Positions 1-10,001 of a stretch of 64,000 nt of DNA are shown here, in pieces; within the stretch, counting starts at the first letter, position 1; the number at the start of each line of letters is the position of its first letter. The notes below the pieces were generated by a model that made no database searches, had not been told where the DNA came from, and saw nothing but the letters and a program-made list of their open reading frames with translations. A program made the position numbers and the translations under genes. The stretch spans positions 552 to 64,551 of IMG/VR virus record IMGVR_UViG_3300031996_000005, one strand, 5' to 3'. The stretch comes from a virus (taxonomy: Duplodnaviria; Caudoviricetes).

Positions 1-5
1 ACTCA

Positions 6-43
6 GGGGGCGGCCTCCCCCACTAACTCGGGAGACCGCCCCC
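6..43 (+). terminator. GC-rich hairpin downstream of major capsid gene (possible attenuating terminator)
   Basis: GGGGGCGG(6-13)/CCGCCCCC(36-43) plus inner CTCCC/GGGAG; no U-tract. Confidence 0.45.
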
Positions 44-83
44 GGGCGTCGTTCAGGCGCTTACATCCACACTGGAGGCGATA

Positions 84-395
84 ATGGCAACGGCAGAGCA
101 GATCACCGAGCTCCGTGAGTTGATCAGTGACACGGTGGCCCCGTTCCAGTTCACCGCGCCTCAGCTTGGCACCTTCATTGACACGAACGAATCGCTGCGC
201 GCTGCGGCCAGCCTCGTGTGGACGATCAAGGCTTCGAAGCTCGTTGGTCTGGTCGACGTGTCTGAGGGTTCCTCCTCACGCAAGCTCAGCCAGCTGTATC
301 AGCAGGCACTAGCGATGTCCACTTTCTACAGCGATGCTCCCTCGACGGCTTCCCGGGTCGGCAAGTCGGGCACTCGGGCGATTGTTCGCCCGTGA
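84..395 (+). CDS. head-to-tail adaptor
   Basis: GGAGG RBS; 103 aa; position after major capsid; AAA..W..KA motif typical of actinophage adaptors. Confidence 0.65.
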   Translation: MATAEQITELRELISDTVAPFQFTAPQLGTFIDTNESLRAAASLVWTIKASKLVGLVDVSEGSSSRKLSQLYQQALAMSTFYSDAPSTASRVGKSGTRAIVRP

Positions 396-766
396 TCACG
401 AACCCGCTTGAGCTGGCCACTCAGCGCGAGCTGACCCGGGTTTTCATTGAGCAAGATTTCGAGTGGCTGACCCTAACCCCTCGTGTGCAGGTAAAGACCG
501 CCACGGGGGGATACGTCTTCCAGGGGCAGCCGTCACGAGCTCCTCAAATGTTCAAGATTATCGAGAACATGAGCGTGGCACGGACGAGTCTCCGCGTGCC
601 GGCCGGGACCCAGCGTAAAGAGGAGTTCACCCTCCTGGGCAAGTGGGACTCCCTGATCGCCGTAAACGACATCTTCACCTTTCGGGGTACTCAGTGGGAA
701 GTCGTGGACCAGGTGTGGGACAACGGCTACGAGCGTCGGGCTCAGGCGATCCAGTATGGCCACTAG
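392..766 (+). CDS. head closure/stopper protein
   Basis: GTGA overlap with upstream gene; 124 aa beta-rich; synteny. Confidence 0.55.
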   Translation: MITNPLELATQRELTRVFIEQDFEWLTLTPRVQVKTATGGYVFQGQPSRAPQMFKIIENMSVARTSLRVPAGTQRKEEFTLLGKWDSLIAVNDIFTFRGTQWEVVDQVWDNGYERRAQAIQYGH

Positions 767-1118
767 ATTCCGCTGGACCGCGGACAACCTGACCGTCAAC
801 ACCCGAAACGTTGGTCCACGGATCGAGAGGGCCATTCGGGAGGCAGTTGATTACCAGGCCACCCGGTCCGAGACCTACATGCGAACCCACGCACGTTGGA
901 CCGACCGCACAACGAATGCACGGAATGGCCTGCGTACCATCACGTCACATACGCCGGGCCCACACAGCCGACACACCATCATCCTGACGCACTCGATGCA
1001 TTACGGAATCTGGCTTGAGGTTCGCTGGTCGGGCAAGTACGGCATCCTGCCGGAGTCCATCCGGGGCGGAGGCCAGGAGCTCATGAGACTGTTCGGCAAG
1101 CTGTTTGGGAGACTCTGA
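756..1118 (+). CDS. HK97 gp10-like neck/tail completion protein
   Basis: W.DRT.NARNGL and Y.IWLE motifs; synteny. Confidence 0.6.
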   Translation: MATRFRWTADNLTVNTRNVGPRIERAIREAVDYQATRSETYMRTHARWTDRTTNARNGLRTITSHTPGPHSRHTIILTHSMHYGIWLEVRWSGKYGILPESIRGGGQELMRLFGKLFGRL

Positions 1119-1498
1119 TGACCATCCGGGAAACGGTCTACTCGCTGTTGTCGACCGATCCGGAGATCGCAGCCCTCGGCTTTACCGAGGTCTGGAACGT
1201 TGAGGCCGTCGACAACCCCGAACGGCATAAACCCTTCCTCGTGACCACCTGGGCCGAAGGTCTGCCCGTGTTTGGACAGGCCCTTTACCGCGACCTGGTC
1301 GTGTGGGCTCACGATGACGGTGGAGATTTCACGCGCATCGATGCTGCTCTGGAGCGCGTCCGTATTCTTCTCGGGGACCTGGTCCACGAGGGGGGAATCA
1401 GTCAGGTGTCATATGCCGGAAGTTCCCCGGACCTTTATGACGACGGGTTCCGTACTATCACCCGTAACTACGGCTTTCGGATCAATGGATCCGGATAG
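1118..1498 (+). CDS. tail terminator
   Basis: TGATG overlap; 126 aa; precedes tail tube; C-terminal DLYDDGF motif. Confidence 0.6.
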   Translation: MTIRETVYSLLSTDPEIAALGFTEVWNVEAVDNPERHKPFLVTTWAEGLPVFGQALYRDLVVWAHDDGGDFTRIDAALERVRILLGDLVHEGGISQVSYAGSSPDLYDDGFRTITRNYGFRINGSG

Positions 1499-1501
1499 GA
1501 G

Positions 1502-1732
1502 ATGACCATGGCGAATGCCACCCCTGAAGACAAGTCAGTTCCGGTGGTCAAGTACGTCGGCGACGCCGGCGTGCGTGAGATCACCCGGGCGCAGTGGAAG
1601 GCCGCTGGTGTCGAGGGTCAGGAGACGACCATCTGGGATGAGTCAAACAACCACACCCTCCTGGCCTCGGTCTTCACTCCGGAGGCCCTCGAGATCATCA
1701 AGGCTGATCGCGGCCTGCAGATCAAGCAGTAG
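1502..1732 (+). CDS. hypothetical virion-region protein
   Basis: 76 aa, host-like codon usage, in operon. Confidence 0.6.
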   Translation: MTMANATPEDKSVPVVKYVGDAGVREITRAQWKAAGVEGQETTIWDESNNHTLLASVFTPEALEIIKADRGLQIKQ

Positions 1733-1735
1733 GTC

Positions 1736-1924
1736 ATGCCCGCGACCCTGCGGTGCCCCAGCAAAAAGTATGCCGAGGTCATCAACGACCACGTCATCGA
1801 GGTCAAGTGTTCGTCTCGATTTTGCGGAGCTGCTAAAGGGGTCGTGGTCTTGCATCGCCTCGATTTGACCACGGGCGAATGTACTACCCGCACGTTCAAC
1901 GAACCCCCACACAGAAGGAAGTGA
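1736..1924 (+). CDS. small Cys-containing (zinc-ribbon-like) protein
   Basis: LRCP...EVKCSSRFC, 62 aa. Confidence 0.5.
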   Translation: MPATLRCPSKKYAEVINDHVIEVKCSSRFCGAAKGVVVLHRLDLTTGECTTRTFNEPPHRRK

Positions 1925-1928
1925 GACC

Positions 1929-2483
1929 ATGGCATCAACTGCCCTCCCCTACGGGCTGCGGGACATCAAGGTGACGCCGTTCCTTGATCAGCAGCTGGAG
2001 ACGCTCGGTACTCCGGTGGATCTCCCCAACGCTCAGACGTTCTCGTTCACGGAGGCCGAGGACTTCACCGAGCTCCGCGGTGACGACAAGCTCGTCACCT
2101 CGCGGGGTTCCGGCTCGCACGTTGAGTGGGAGCTTGAGGCTGGTGGTCTTTCCCTGGCCGCCGTCCGGGTCATGTTCGGTGGTGTCGTCACTGAGTCGGG
2201 CACCGCGGGCACGGCGAAGACCGTTCTGCGGAAGAAGTCGCTGGACGCTCGCCCGTTCTTCCGGCTCGAAGGCCAGGCCATCAGCGATTCAGGTGGCGAC
2301 GTTCACGCGGTCATCTATCGCTGCCGCGCGACGGACAGCCTGGAGGGCGAGTTTGCCGACGGGGAGTTCTTCATCACCGGGGCGTCCGGTACGGGCTTCC
2401 CGTCCCTGGCCGCTGCCGACGATGACGTGCTCTACGAGTTCATCCAGAACGCGACGCCTGCCGCTATCGGCAGCGGTAGCTGA
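1929..2483 (+). CDS. major tail (tube) protein
   Basis: AAGGAAG RBS; 184 aa; PYGLRDIK, ELRGDD motifs; precedes chaperones and tape measure. Confidence 0.8.
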   Translation: MASTALPYGLRDIKVTPFLDQQLETLGTPVDLPNAQTFSFTEAEDFTELRGDDKLVTSRGSGSHVEWELEAGGLSLAAVRVMFGGVVTESGTAGTAKTVLRKKSLDARPFFRLEGQAISDSGGDVHAVIYRCRATDSLEGEFADGEFFITGASGTGFPSLAAADDDVLYEFIQNATPAAIGSGS

Positions 2484-2515
2484 TCCACCCCAACCAGGGA
2501 AATAGGAGCACTAGG

Positions 2516-3109
2516 ATGCCAACCCCTCGCAAGACCACGGATAAGAGGAAGACCGTTCGCTCGCAGGGAATTGCCGCCCAGCGAGCGCAGGTACTCGGTG
2601 AGGACCGCGCCGGCAATGATCCCTACGCGCCGACTGTGTGGGGCTCTGCGGAGTCCCTGGGCACGCTCCAGGACCTCGTGTTGCCCAGTGGCCAGCGTTG
2701 CCTTGCGCAGCGTCCCGGACCTGAAGGTCTGATGGCGGCCGGCCTGCTGGATGACCTAGACATGCTGGCGGGTGCACTGCCCAAGGCCTCCGGGGCGGGC
2801 AAGCCTTCCACACCGAAGTTCGATCCCGAGGTGGTCATGGCGGACCCGGCCATGATGCGACAGGCCATGGCCCTTATCAACCGGGTCACCGTCTTTGTCG
2901 TGGTAAAGCCGGAAATCACGATCGAGCCCGAGGACCCTCGGGACAAGGAACTCGGCAAGATCTATCCCTCGTCCATCTCTCTTGAGGACCGCATGTTCCT
3001 CTTCAACTGGGTCGTCGGGGGTACCAGTAACCTGGAACAGTTTCGTCAGCAACTCGACGAATCTGTGGCGTCTGTGGAATCTGGCGAAGACGTGGAAAAC
3101 GCGTCCTAG
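2516..3109 (+). CDS. tail assembly chaperone (short form)
   Basis: between tail tube and tape measure; AGGAG RBS. Confidence 0.75.
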   Translation: MPTPRKTTDKRKTVRSQGIAAQRAQVLGEDRAGNDPYAPTVWGSAESLGTLQDLVLPSGQRCLAQRPGPEGLMAAGLLDDLDMLAGALPKASGAGKPSTPKFDPEVVMADPAMMRQAMALINRVTVFVVVKPEITIEPEDPRDKELGKIYPSSISLEDRMFLFNWVVGGTSNLEQFRQQLDESVASVESGEDVENAS

Positions 3110-3329
3110 CGAGATGATGCACATTGCCGACCCGCTCACTGCGTTCTATTTTGATCGTGCAGTGACGACGTTCGGCACGGAAGTTGAATCCGCCATGGAT
3201 GAAGCTGCCGAAGGGGCCAAGACCAACAAGGAATCACAGCGCCGCCGTCAGCTGACGTTGGCAAAGTACATGAAGGCTCCGGATGGCACGGCCGCTCCGG
3301 GAACTTTCAGGGACCCTGCGGCAAGATAA
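3042..3329 (+). CDS. tail assembly chaperone C-terminal extension (frameshift product)
   Basis: overlapping open +1 frame, FVSNSTNLWRLWNLAKTWKTRPSE...DRAVTTFG; candidate shift site TTT CGT at 3041-3046. Confidence 0.6.
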   Translation, partial: FVSNSTNLWRLWNLAKTWKTRPSEMMHIADPLTAFYFDRAVTTFGTEVESAMDEAAEGAKTNKESQRRRQLTLAKYMKAPDGTAAPGTFRDPAAR

Positions 3330-3345
3330 GAAGGCGGAGACCTCC

Positions 3346-6042
3346 ATGGCTGACTACAACCTCGGCACCGCTCACGGCAAGATCGAGATTGATGCCGATA
3401 CCAGCGGTGTGGATCAGGCACAGAGGGCACTTCGGGGAGTCGGAAACGAGGCGGACGACACCGGCGAAAAGTTCAAAAAGCTGGACAAGGACGTCCGAGT
3501 TGCCGCCAAGGGCCTGAACGTTGTCCGCAGCACGCTGATCATGCTGGGCACGAGAGCGGCCATTGGCGCGGTGGCCATCGGGGCCCTGACTGGTATGGCC
3601 GAGCAGCTGTCAGGAGTTCTCGGGCTCGTTCCCGCGGTGGCCATCGGGGGTGGGCTCGCGCTGGGTGCCCTGGCCCTCGGTTTCCAGGGTTTCGGCGACG
3701 CGATGAAGAACGCGGGCGATCCGGCGAAGTTCGCGGAGTCGCTCAAGACCCTATCCCCAGCCGCCCGGGAAACGGCCATCGCCCTGCAGAATCTACGGGG
3801 GCCGTGGAAGGACCTGCAGCAGGCCGTTCAGGACCAGCTGTTCGCCAACACCGGGGCCCGGATCTCCGAGCTCGGGAACACGTACCTGCCCATGCTGCGG
3901 GGCGCCCTGGTCAACGTCGCGGGGTCGTTCAACACAGCGTTCCACCAGATCGCCGACATCTTCATGACCGCCCAGCGACAGGCCGACATGAGGATGATCC
4001 TCGGAGCGACGTCGGCAGCGGTGGGAAACCTGGTCGCAGCTTTCCCCCCACTGGTCTCGGCGTTCCTCGACATCGCCGCGGTGGGTGCTCCGATCTTCCA
4101 GGACCTCACCGCCTCGGTAGGACCGCTGGCTCAGAAGTTCGCGGAGTTCATCGCCAGGGCCCGCGAGTCGGGTCAGCTCGCCGCATGGATGCAGACGGGC
4201 ATTCAGGCAATGCGCGACCTATGGACGATCATCAGTCTGCTAACCGGAACGGTCCTCAACCTGGTCGCCGCGCTTGGTGGCCCGGCCACGCTGATGGGTG
4301 TTCTGCTGGCGGTTGCCCAGGCGCTGAACACGCTAAGCCAGTTCATTCAGCAGAACATCTCCTGGTTGGGCCCCCTGGCCACGGCCATTGGAGCGATCGT
4401 CCTCGTCTACCGGGTGTGGTCCCTCGCCCTCGCGGCACACGCAGCGGCTACAACTTGGTGGGCCACTTCGCTGCTGGCCTCGCATCTGCGAGCGGTCGCC
4501 GGGCTAGCCCTGACGGCCACACAGGTGGCTGCACATTACGGCCGCATGATGCTGGCTGGTGCGGCCTGGGTGGCAACCGCGGTGGCACAGATCGCCGTCA
4601 TCATCTGGCAGTGGACCATGATGGCCGCGCAGGCGACGCTACAGGCGCTGCGGGTGGCTGCGGCCTGGTTGCTGACCGCGGGTGCTAACGCGATTGCGGC
4701 CGGAGCGGCAACTGCTGCGGCGGGAGCACGGATCATCGCCGCCTGGGCACTCATGGCCGCTCAGTCGATGTTGCATGCCGCCCGGGTTGCGGCGGCCTGG
4801 CTTATTACTACTGGGGCTTCCATGGTCACCGCTCTCGCGCGGATGGCCGCCACTGTAATTCTGTACGTGGCCCAGTGGGTCATCATGGCGATCGGAGCAA
4901 TGGCGAACGCGGTCATCATGGCCGCTGCCTGGTTTGTTGCCCTCGGCCCGGTGGGCTGGGTCATCGCTGTGATCATTGCACTCGTTGCTTTGATCATCGC
5001 CAACTGGGATAAGGTCGTCGCCTGGACAAAGGCCGCTTGGAATGCAACGGTCCAGGCGGTTCAGCAGGCCTGGCAGTGGATTACCTCGACTGTATCTGCG
5101 GGAGTCAACTGGGTCTTGAGTGTGGTCTCCTCGGGCCTGAACGCGGTCACTAACTTTTTCTCCAGTTCATGGAATGCGATCGTCGGTGGAGTCCAGGCGG
5201 CGTGGCAGTGGATTACCTCAACGGTATCCGCTGGAATCAACTGGGTCTCGAATGTCATCTCTTCAGGCATGAGCGCGGTCACTAACATTTTCTCGAGTGC
5301 GTGGAATGCGGTCGTCAATGTTGCTCAATCCGCCTGGCAATGGATTACCTCAACGGTCTCCTCCGGAATCAGCTGGATCGGCGGAGTCGTCGCCGGGGGC
5401 ATGAGCGCGGTCATCAACATTTTTTCCGGCGCCTGGAACGCCGTAGTGGGGGCCGTCGCTGGGGGCGTTAATAACGTGATGAGCCTGGTCGGCAGCCTGC
5501 CGGGACGCATCATGGGAGCCCTCGGGAACCTGGGTGGCATGCTGACCGGGGTCGGTCACAACCTGGTGATGGGGCTCTGGAATGGCATCGCCGGTGCGGG
5601 TGGCTGGTTGCTCGGGATGGTTCGAAATTGGGCTAGCAGTATCGTCAACAGCATCAAGAGCTTCTTTAGGATTGGCTCACCATCCAAGCTGTTCCGGGAT
5701 GAGATCGGTAAGTTCCTGCCCGCCGGTCTGGCTATTGGTATTGAGGCCAACGCAAAGCAGGCGCTCAAGGCTGCGGACGCACTCGGTACTGGAGTCATGA
5801 AGTCGGTAGGGATGTCCGTGGGGGGCCCCGAGAAGTTCTGGGAAGACCGTCCGCTCGGCCCCAAGTACGTTCCCCCGTCGCGCGAGGTGTCGTCGTACAG
5901 CGATGCTCAGCAGGAGACTGCTGCTGCGGGTGCCGAGACGCAGAAGATCGTCAACTTCAATACCTACAACCCCGTGGCCGAGCGTGCCTCGGATTCAGAG
6001 GCTCGCCGTCTGCGCGCCCTGAGTGCGCTGGGAGCGTTCTAA
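3346..6042 (+). CDS. tape measure protein (~898 aa)
   Basis: long Ala/Gly-rich helical protein, N-terminal MADYNLGTAHGKIEID, periodic Trp repeats; start taken at ATG 3346. Confidence 0.92.
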   Translation: MADYNLGTAHGKIEIDADTSGVDQAQRALRGVGNEADDTGEKFKKLDKDVRVAAKGLNVVRSTLIMLGTRAAIGAVAIGALTGMAEQLSGVLGLVPAVAIGGGLALGALALGFQGFGDAMKNAGDPAKFAESLKTLSPAARETAIALQNLRGPWKDLQQAVQDQLFANTGARISELGNTYLPMLRGALVNVAGSFNTAFHQIADIFMTAQRQADMRMILGATSAAVGNLVAAFPPLVSAFLDIAAVGAPIFQDLTASVGPLAQKFAEFIARARESGQLAAWMQTGIQAMRDLWTIISLLTGTVLNLVAALGGPATLMGVLLAVAQALNTLSQFIQQNISWLGPLATAIGAIVLVYRVWSLALAAHAAATTWWATSLLASHLRAVAGLALTATQVAAHYGRMMLAGAAWVATAVAQIAVIIWQWTMMAAQATLQALRVAAAWLLTAGANAIAAGAATAAAGARIIAAWALMAAQSMLHAARVAAAWLITTGASMVTALARMAATVILYVAQWVIMAIGAMANAVIMAAAWFVALGPVGWVIAVIIALVALIIANWDKVVAWTKAAWNATVQAVQQAWQWITSTVSAGVNWVLSVVSSGLNAVTNFFSSSWNAIVGGVQAAWQWITSTVSAGINWVSNVISSGMSAVTNIFSSAWNAVVNVAQSAWQWITSTVSSGISWIGGVVAGGMSAVINIFSGAWNAVVGAVAGGVNNVMSLVGSLPGRIMGALGNLGGMLTGVGHNLVMGLWNGIAGAGGWLLGMVRNWASSIVNSIKSFFRIGSPSKLFRDEIGKFLPAGLAIGIEANAKQALKAADALGTGVMKSVGMSVGGPEKFWEDRPLGPKYVPPSREVSSYSDAQQETAAAGAETQKIVNFNTYNPVAERASDSEARRLRALSALGAF
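5077..5472 (+). repeat. three 132-nt (44-aa) tandem repeats in tape measure
   Basis: TGGATTACCTC at 5077, 5209, 5341. Confidence 0.85.
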
Positions 6043-6043
6043 G

Positions 6044-6895
6044 ATGGCCAACACCACCCCGGAGACTCTGTCCGTCAACGGCGTCGTGCTCAACACCTAC
6101 GCCAAGAACATCGAAAGTCTAACGGGACGGCTGCGGACGCCGGCCCGTCGCACCTCCAACGTTTCGGTTCCCGGTCGGCACGGAGCTGTTCGCAACCCGA
6201 ACCGGCTATTTGCCGAGAACATCCTCACTCTGCCGATGTGGGTCATCGGCTGTGATGATGACGGAAACATCCCGGGGGGAAGCACTCAGCGTAAGGAGTT
6301 CTTCAAGCGAATCGATGAGCTCACCGCACTGTTCCTGGGCTCGACGGGCGTCCTCGACATTCGCCACACACTCCCGGACGGCTCGGTCCGGCAGTGCTTC
6401 GCCGATGTGCTCGACGCCATCGACTTCACCAGCGAGACGAGCAACCCCCTGGGCAAGTTCGGGGTGAGCCTCACCCTAGCCGATCCCTTCTGGCAGGACC
6501 TGACCTCGACCAGTCAGGAAGTGGTGGCCAACGGCGGAACGGTCTCCTTCACAAGCTTTCAGGGCGGAACCGCCCCCATGGAGGACCTGACCGCCACGGT
6601 CATGGGCCCCTGGAACAACCCCAAGCTGACCTTTGCCGACGGTAGCTGGGTCCTCTACAGCGACACGTTCACCTCCACACAGGGGGTCATCATCAATTCG
6701 GCTAACTGGTCGGTCACCGGTGTGGGGGGCAAGGTGGTCGCCCTGAACAAGCTGACCTATTCGAGCCCCACCAACCGGTGGATGTCGATTCCGGCGGCAC
6801 CTGCGACTCCCCTGTCGGTCACCCTCGCGGGGAGCTCGCGGACAACCGCAACAAAGCTGACCCTTGCGGGTCGACGTAAATACTTGGTGGGCTGA
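6044..6895 (+). CDS. distal tail protein (Dit-like minor tail)
   Basis: directly after tape measure; VPGRHG and DPFW motifs. Confidence 0.75.
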   Translation: MANTTPETLSVNGVVLNTYAKNIESLTGRLRTPARRTSNVSVPGRHGAVRNPNRLFAENILTLPMWVIGCDDDGNIPGGSTQRKEFFKRIDELTALFLGSTGVLDIRHTLPDGSVRQCFADVLDAIDFTSETSNPLGKFGVSLTLADPFWQDLTSTSQEVVANGGTVSFTSFQGGTAPMEDLTATVMGPWNNPKLTFADGSWVLYSDTFTSTQGVIINSANWSVTGVGGKVVALNKLTYSSPTNRWMSIPAAPATPLSVTLAGSSRTTATKLTLAGRRKYLVG

Positions 6896-6896
6896 C

Positions 6897-9800
6897 ATGG
6901 GCATTGAATTCCGGCTGCTCGAAGCCGGCGTAGAGACCGCTGTCCTGCCCGATGTGGAGAGCTTCTCGCTCTCTCCCGTGCTGTGCGATGAGGGGGCGGT
7001 CGAATTCTCCTACCCCAAGGATGGGCTCAACTGGCAGGTGCTCGCCGGTAAGGACGAGTTTTTCCTCGCGGTGTACCTGGATGGTGTGCGCCAGGGACAG
7101 CTGGACGCAGTCGTCAAAGAGATAGACGGCGACGATGTCGAGGACAGCTCGGTGTGGAAGTTCACCGGGTTCTTCACCACGGGCCGACTCGCTGAAGCGA
7201 TCGTCTTTCCGAAGGGCTGGCCGAGCTCGGTCAATCCGGCGGACCCAAAGCAGCGATTTACGAACGTCACCCCCGGGGCCCTGATTCTGACCTTCATGCA
7301 GCAGGCGCAAAGCCGTGGCACGCTAACCGACATCGGCACCAGCACCTTCACCGGAACGACCGACTCCAAGGGTGCCGCCTGGACGCACGTCGTCAGTCTC
7401 GAATATGCGCCGGGTGTCGATTACCTGACCGTCCTCAAGAGCCTGCATGACCAGCAGGTCATCGAGTTCGAGATCGTGTCCGGGCAGCTGAAGGTCTACG
7501 AGTTCCAGTCCCTGTCCACCGACCGTACGGCGGTCGAGCCTCCCCTGATATTCCGGCGGGGGCGAGACCTTCTGGACAGTCCTCGAAAGAAGTCGACTCG
7601 CGATCTGGGTACGACCATTCTGGCTTCGGGTGCGGATGGCCTGTTCCTTGAGCGGGTGGACTCTACCCAGGTTGCCGCGCGACGCCGGATCGAGATCGAC
7701 GCCGCCCAAGGCCAGGTGAAGGACACCGGCACGCTGAGCGCGTACGCCGATGCCGTACTTGCTCAGGTCAGTTCGGCCAAGATGGAAAAGACCCATGGTC
7801 TGGTCTTTGTGGACTCCACCAGCCCGCGGCCGATCCGGGATTTCAACGTCGGTGACTGGGCCTACTCGGACATGGGCAACGGTCTTGAGCGACTCCGCAT
7901 CAAGCAGTGGGTGCTCAAGCTGAGCAGCCAGGGGGAACTCACCGGTTCGGTCACGCTCAATGACTTTTTCGCCGAGCGGAACGAGATGCTGACCCGCCGC
8001 ATCGAAGGGATCATCGGCGGGAGCACGATCGCCGGGGGAAGCAAAGCGGTCTCTGAGGTCCCCGGCGACATCGTTGACAACCTCGCCCCGAAGACGCCCA
8101 CCGGGCTGTCCCTATCTAGTGATGCCTACATGGACAACCAGGGCCTCACGTTCGCCCAGTTCAGTGCCACCTGGCTCGCGGTGACGCAGAACGCGGATAA
8201 CACCATTCTTGAGGACCTGGAAGGCTACCAGCTCCAGTGGCGTTACGAAACAGCCGCCGTGGGCGAGGGACGCATCCTCAACGCGGGGAACGGCACGTTT
8301 GCCTCGTGGTCGCCCGTGACCCCCGGGGTGAACATCTATGTCAGGGTGAGGGCCTATGACCGAGCAGGCAACTTCAGTCCCTGGTCAGCTGAGCAGACCA
8401 TCCTTACGGCCTCCGATGGGACAGCACCCGAAGCGCCGGCCGCCCCCCTAGCGGACAACTACCTGGGCCTGTTCCGCATCCGCTCGACGGGAGCAACAGC
8501 CAGCGGGGCCGCGGTCGCCAAGGACCAAAAAGGCGTGTGGGTGCACGTCAGCACCACCAACAATTTCACCCCGACGGTCGCCACCCGTACCGATTTCCTC
8601 TCCGGCAGGGGGGCGGGGGTCTCCTTCTACAAGGGGGCTTATGGCGTTGCGCTGTACACCAAGCTCCAGGCCGAAGACCACAGCGGGAACCTCAGCACGC
8701 CCTCTGCCCAGGCGTCCGCTTCACCTTCGGCCGTCGTCAGTGCGGATGTCTTCGACGGGGCCATCGGAACGCTCAAGCTCGCCGACCTCGCCGTCACGAC
8801 GGCGAAGATCAATGACCTGGCGGTCAACGACGCGAAGATCGGAAGCGTCAGCGTCGGCAAGCTGACCGCGGGCATCATCAACGCCCAGGTCACGATCTCG
8901 GGGCGGCTCGGCACGGCCCTGACCGGTGCTCGCCGCGAGATGAACAGCATCGGCTTCCAGGCTTATGACGCCTCGAACAACCTCACGATCAGCCTCGATG
9001 GTGTAGACAACCTCCTCACCGGAAAGTTCAAGACCGCGATCTCCGACCGACGCATTGAAATTGGCACCAGAACCAATGGGGTCGGCCTCATCGAGTTCAT
9101 TGCCCCCGACGGGGCGACGGCGGAGCTTGGCTCGTTCAGTTCGGCCTCCGCCGGTGAAGTGATCCGAATGGGTCCGGTCCTCCCGGGCGTCAGTCAGTTC
9201 TGGAACAAGACCCAGATGCAGCACAACAGTCAGATTTACTCGTGGTCCGCGTATCACAAGATCTCTGTCGGCGGTGACAACGCCCCGGATCTCAAGGGAT
9301 TCGACCTAACCTGGGCGCAGACTCGCGGCACAGAAGCCGTGCCGCAGATGCCGGAGGAGATCCGCTTCTCTATCACCTCCGCTGATGCCACCTTCAACAT
9401 TCCGTACAACGGAGGAAGTGGGGGGAGCTTCCGGGTCAATGGAAGGAAGTCGGACAACAGCCTCTACAGTCGGTTCTGGGTCAGCCCGACGCACGTGTAT
9501 TTCCAGTGGCCCACCAACAACTCTCGACTCACCGTCATGGAGCAGAGTTCCGCTGGCGTTAGCGCTCGTCTGCAGTTGGTCAACACGTACAACTACGGAT
9601 CATTCATCCGGTTCTTCAGCGAGTCGAATGGTACCTCCAGTCGAGTCGATTTCACGGATGCCAACGAAACCGTCTACATCCCAATTCTGGCGTCGGCCTT
9701 CAACGTTTCGTCCTCGCAGGAGGTCAAGGAAGACATCACCGACTTCGGCTCGGGCGGAATGGACGTTGTCCGCAAGATGCGCCCTCGCCGCTACCGCCGC

Positions 9801-10001
9801 AAGCCCGGTTCCTCTACGGACGGAAAGAGGGCCGCCCGGGGGCCGGTGGAGCTGGGTCTCGTCGTGGAAGAATCGCCCGCCGAAGTGCTCGACTCCGGGG
9901 GTAAGGCCATCAATCTCTACGCGATGCTCACCGCGGCGGTTGCCGCGATCAACGAGTTGGATACTCGACTGGACACCATCGAGCAGAGGAGCTCAGAGTG
10001 A
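6897..10001 (+). CDS. minor tail/baseplate hub protein with FN3-like domains and C-terminal intramolecular chaperone (peptidase S74-like)
   Basis: Tal-like N-terminus, YVRVRAYDRAGNFSPWS FN3 strand, C-terminal SSSQEVKEDI...GLVVEE and coiled coil. Confidence 0.8.
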   Translation: MGIEFRLLEAGVETAVLPDVESFSLSPVLCDEGAVEFSYPKDGLNWQVLAGKDEFFLAVYLDGVRQGQLDAVVKEIDGDDVEDSSVWKFTGFFTTGRLAEAIVFPKGWPSSVNPADPKQRFTNVTPGALILTFMQQAQSRGTLTDIGTSTFTGTTDSKGAAWTHVVSLEYAPGVDYLTVLKSLHDQQVIEFEIVSGQLKVYEFQSLSTDRTAVEPPLIFRRGRDLLDSPRKKSTRDLGTTILASGADGLFLERVDSTQVAARRRIEIDAAQGQVKDTGTLSAYADAVLAQVSSAKMEKTHGLVFVDSTSPRPIRDFNVGDWAYSDMGNGLERLRIKQWVLKLSSQGELTGSVTLNDFFAERNEMLTRRIEGIIGGSTIAGGSKAVSEVPGDIVDNLAPKTPTGLSLSSDAYMDNQGLTFAQFSATWLAVTQNADNTILEDLEGYQLQWRYETAAVGEGRILNAGNGTFASWSPVTPGVNIYVRVRAYDRAGNFSPWSAEQTILTASDGTAPEAPAAPLADNYLGLFRIRSTGATASGAAVAKDQKGVWVHVSTTNNFTPTVATRTDFLSGRGAGVSFYKGAYGVALYTKLQAEDHSGNLSTPSAQASASPSAVVSADVFDGAIGTLKLADLAVTTAKINDLAVNDAKIGSVSVGKLTAGIINAQVTISGRLGTALTGARREMNSIGFQAYDASNNLTISLDGVDNLLTGKFKTAISDRRIEIGTRTNGVGLIEFIAPDGATAELGSFSSASAGEVIRMGPVLPGVSQFWNKTQMQHNSQIYSWSAYHKISVGGDNAPDLKGFDLTWAQTRGTEAVPQMPEEIRFSITSADATFNIPYNGGSGGSFRVNGRKSDNSLYSRFWVSPTHVYFQWPTNNSRLTVMEQSSAGVSARLQLVNTYNYGSFIRFFSESNGTSSRVDFTDANETVYIPILASAFNVSSSQEVKEDITDFGSGGMDVVRKMRPRRYRRKPGSSTDGKRAARGPVELGLVVEESPAEVLDSGGKAINLYAMLTAAVAAINELDTRLDTIEQRSSE

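Noticed and set aside
3092-3100. GGAAAAC as a canonical -1 slippery site
   Set aside because: A -1 shift here enters the wrong frame; the extension ORF is in the +1 frame.
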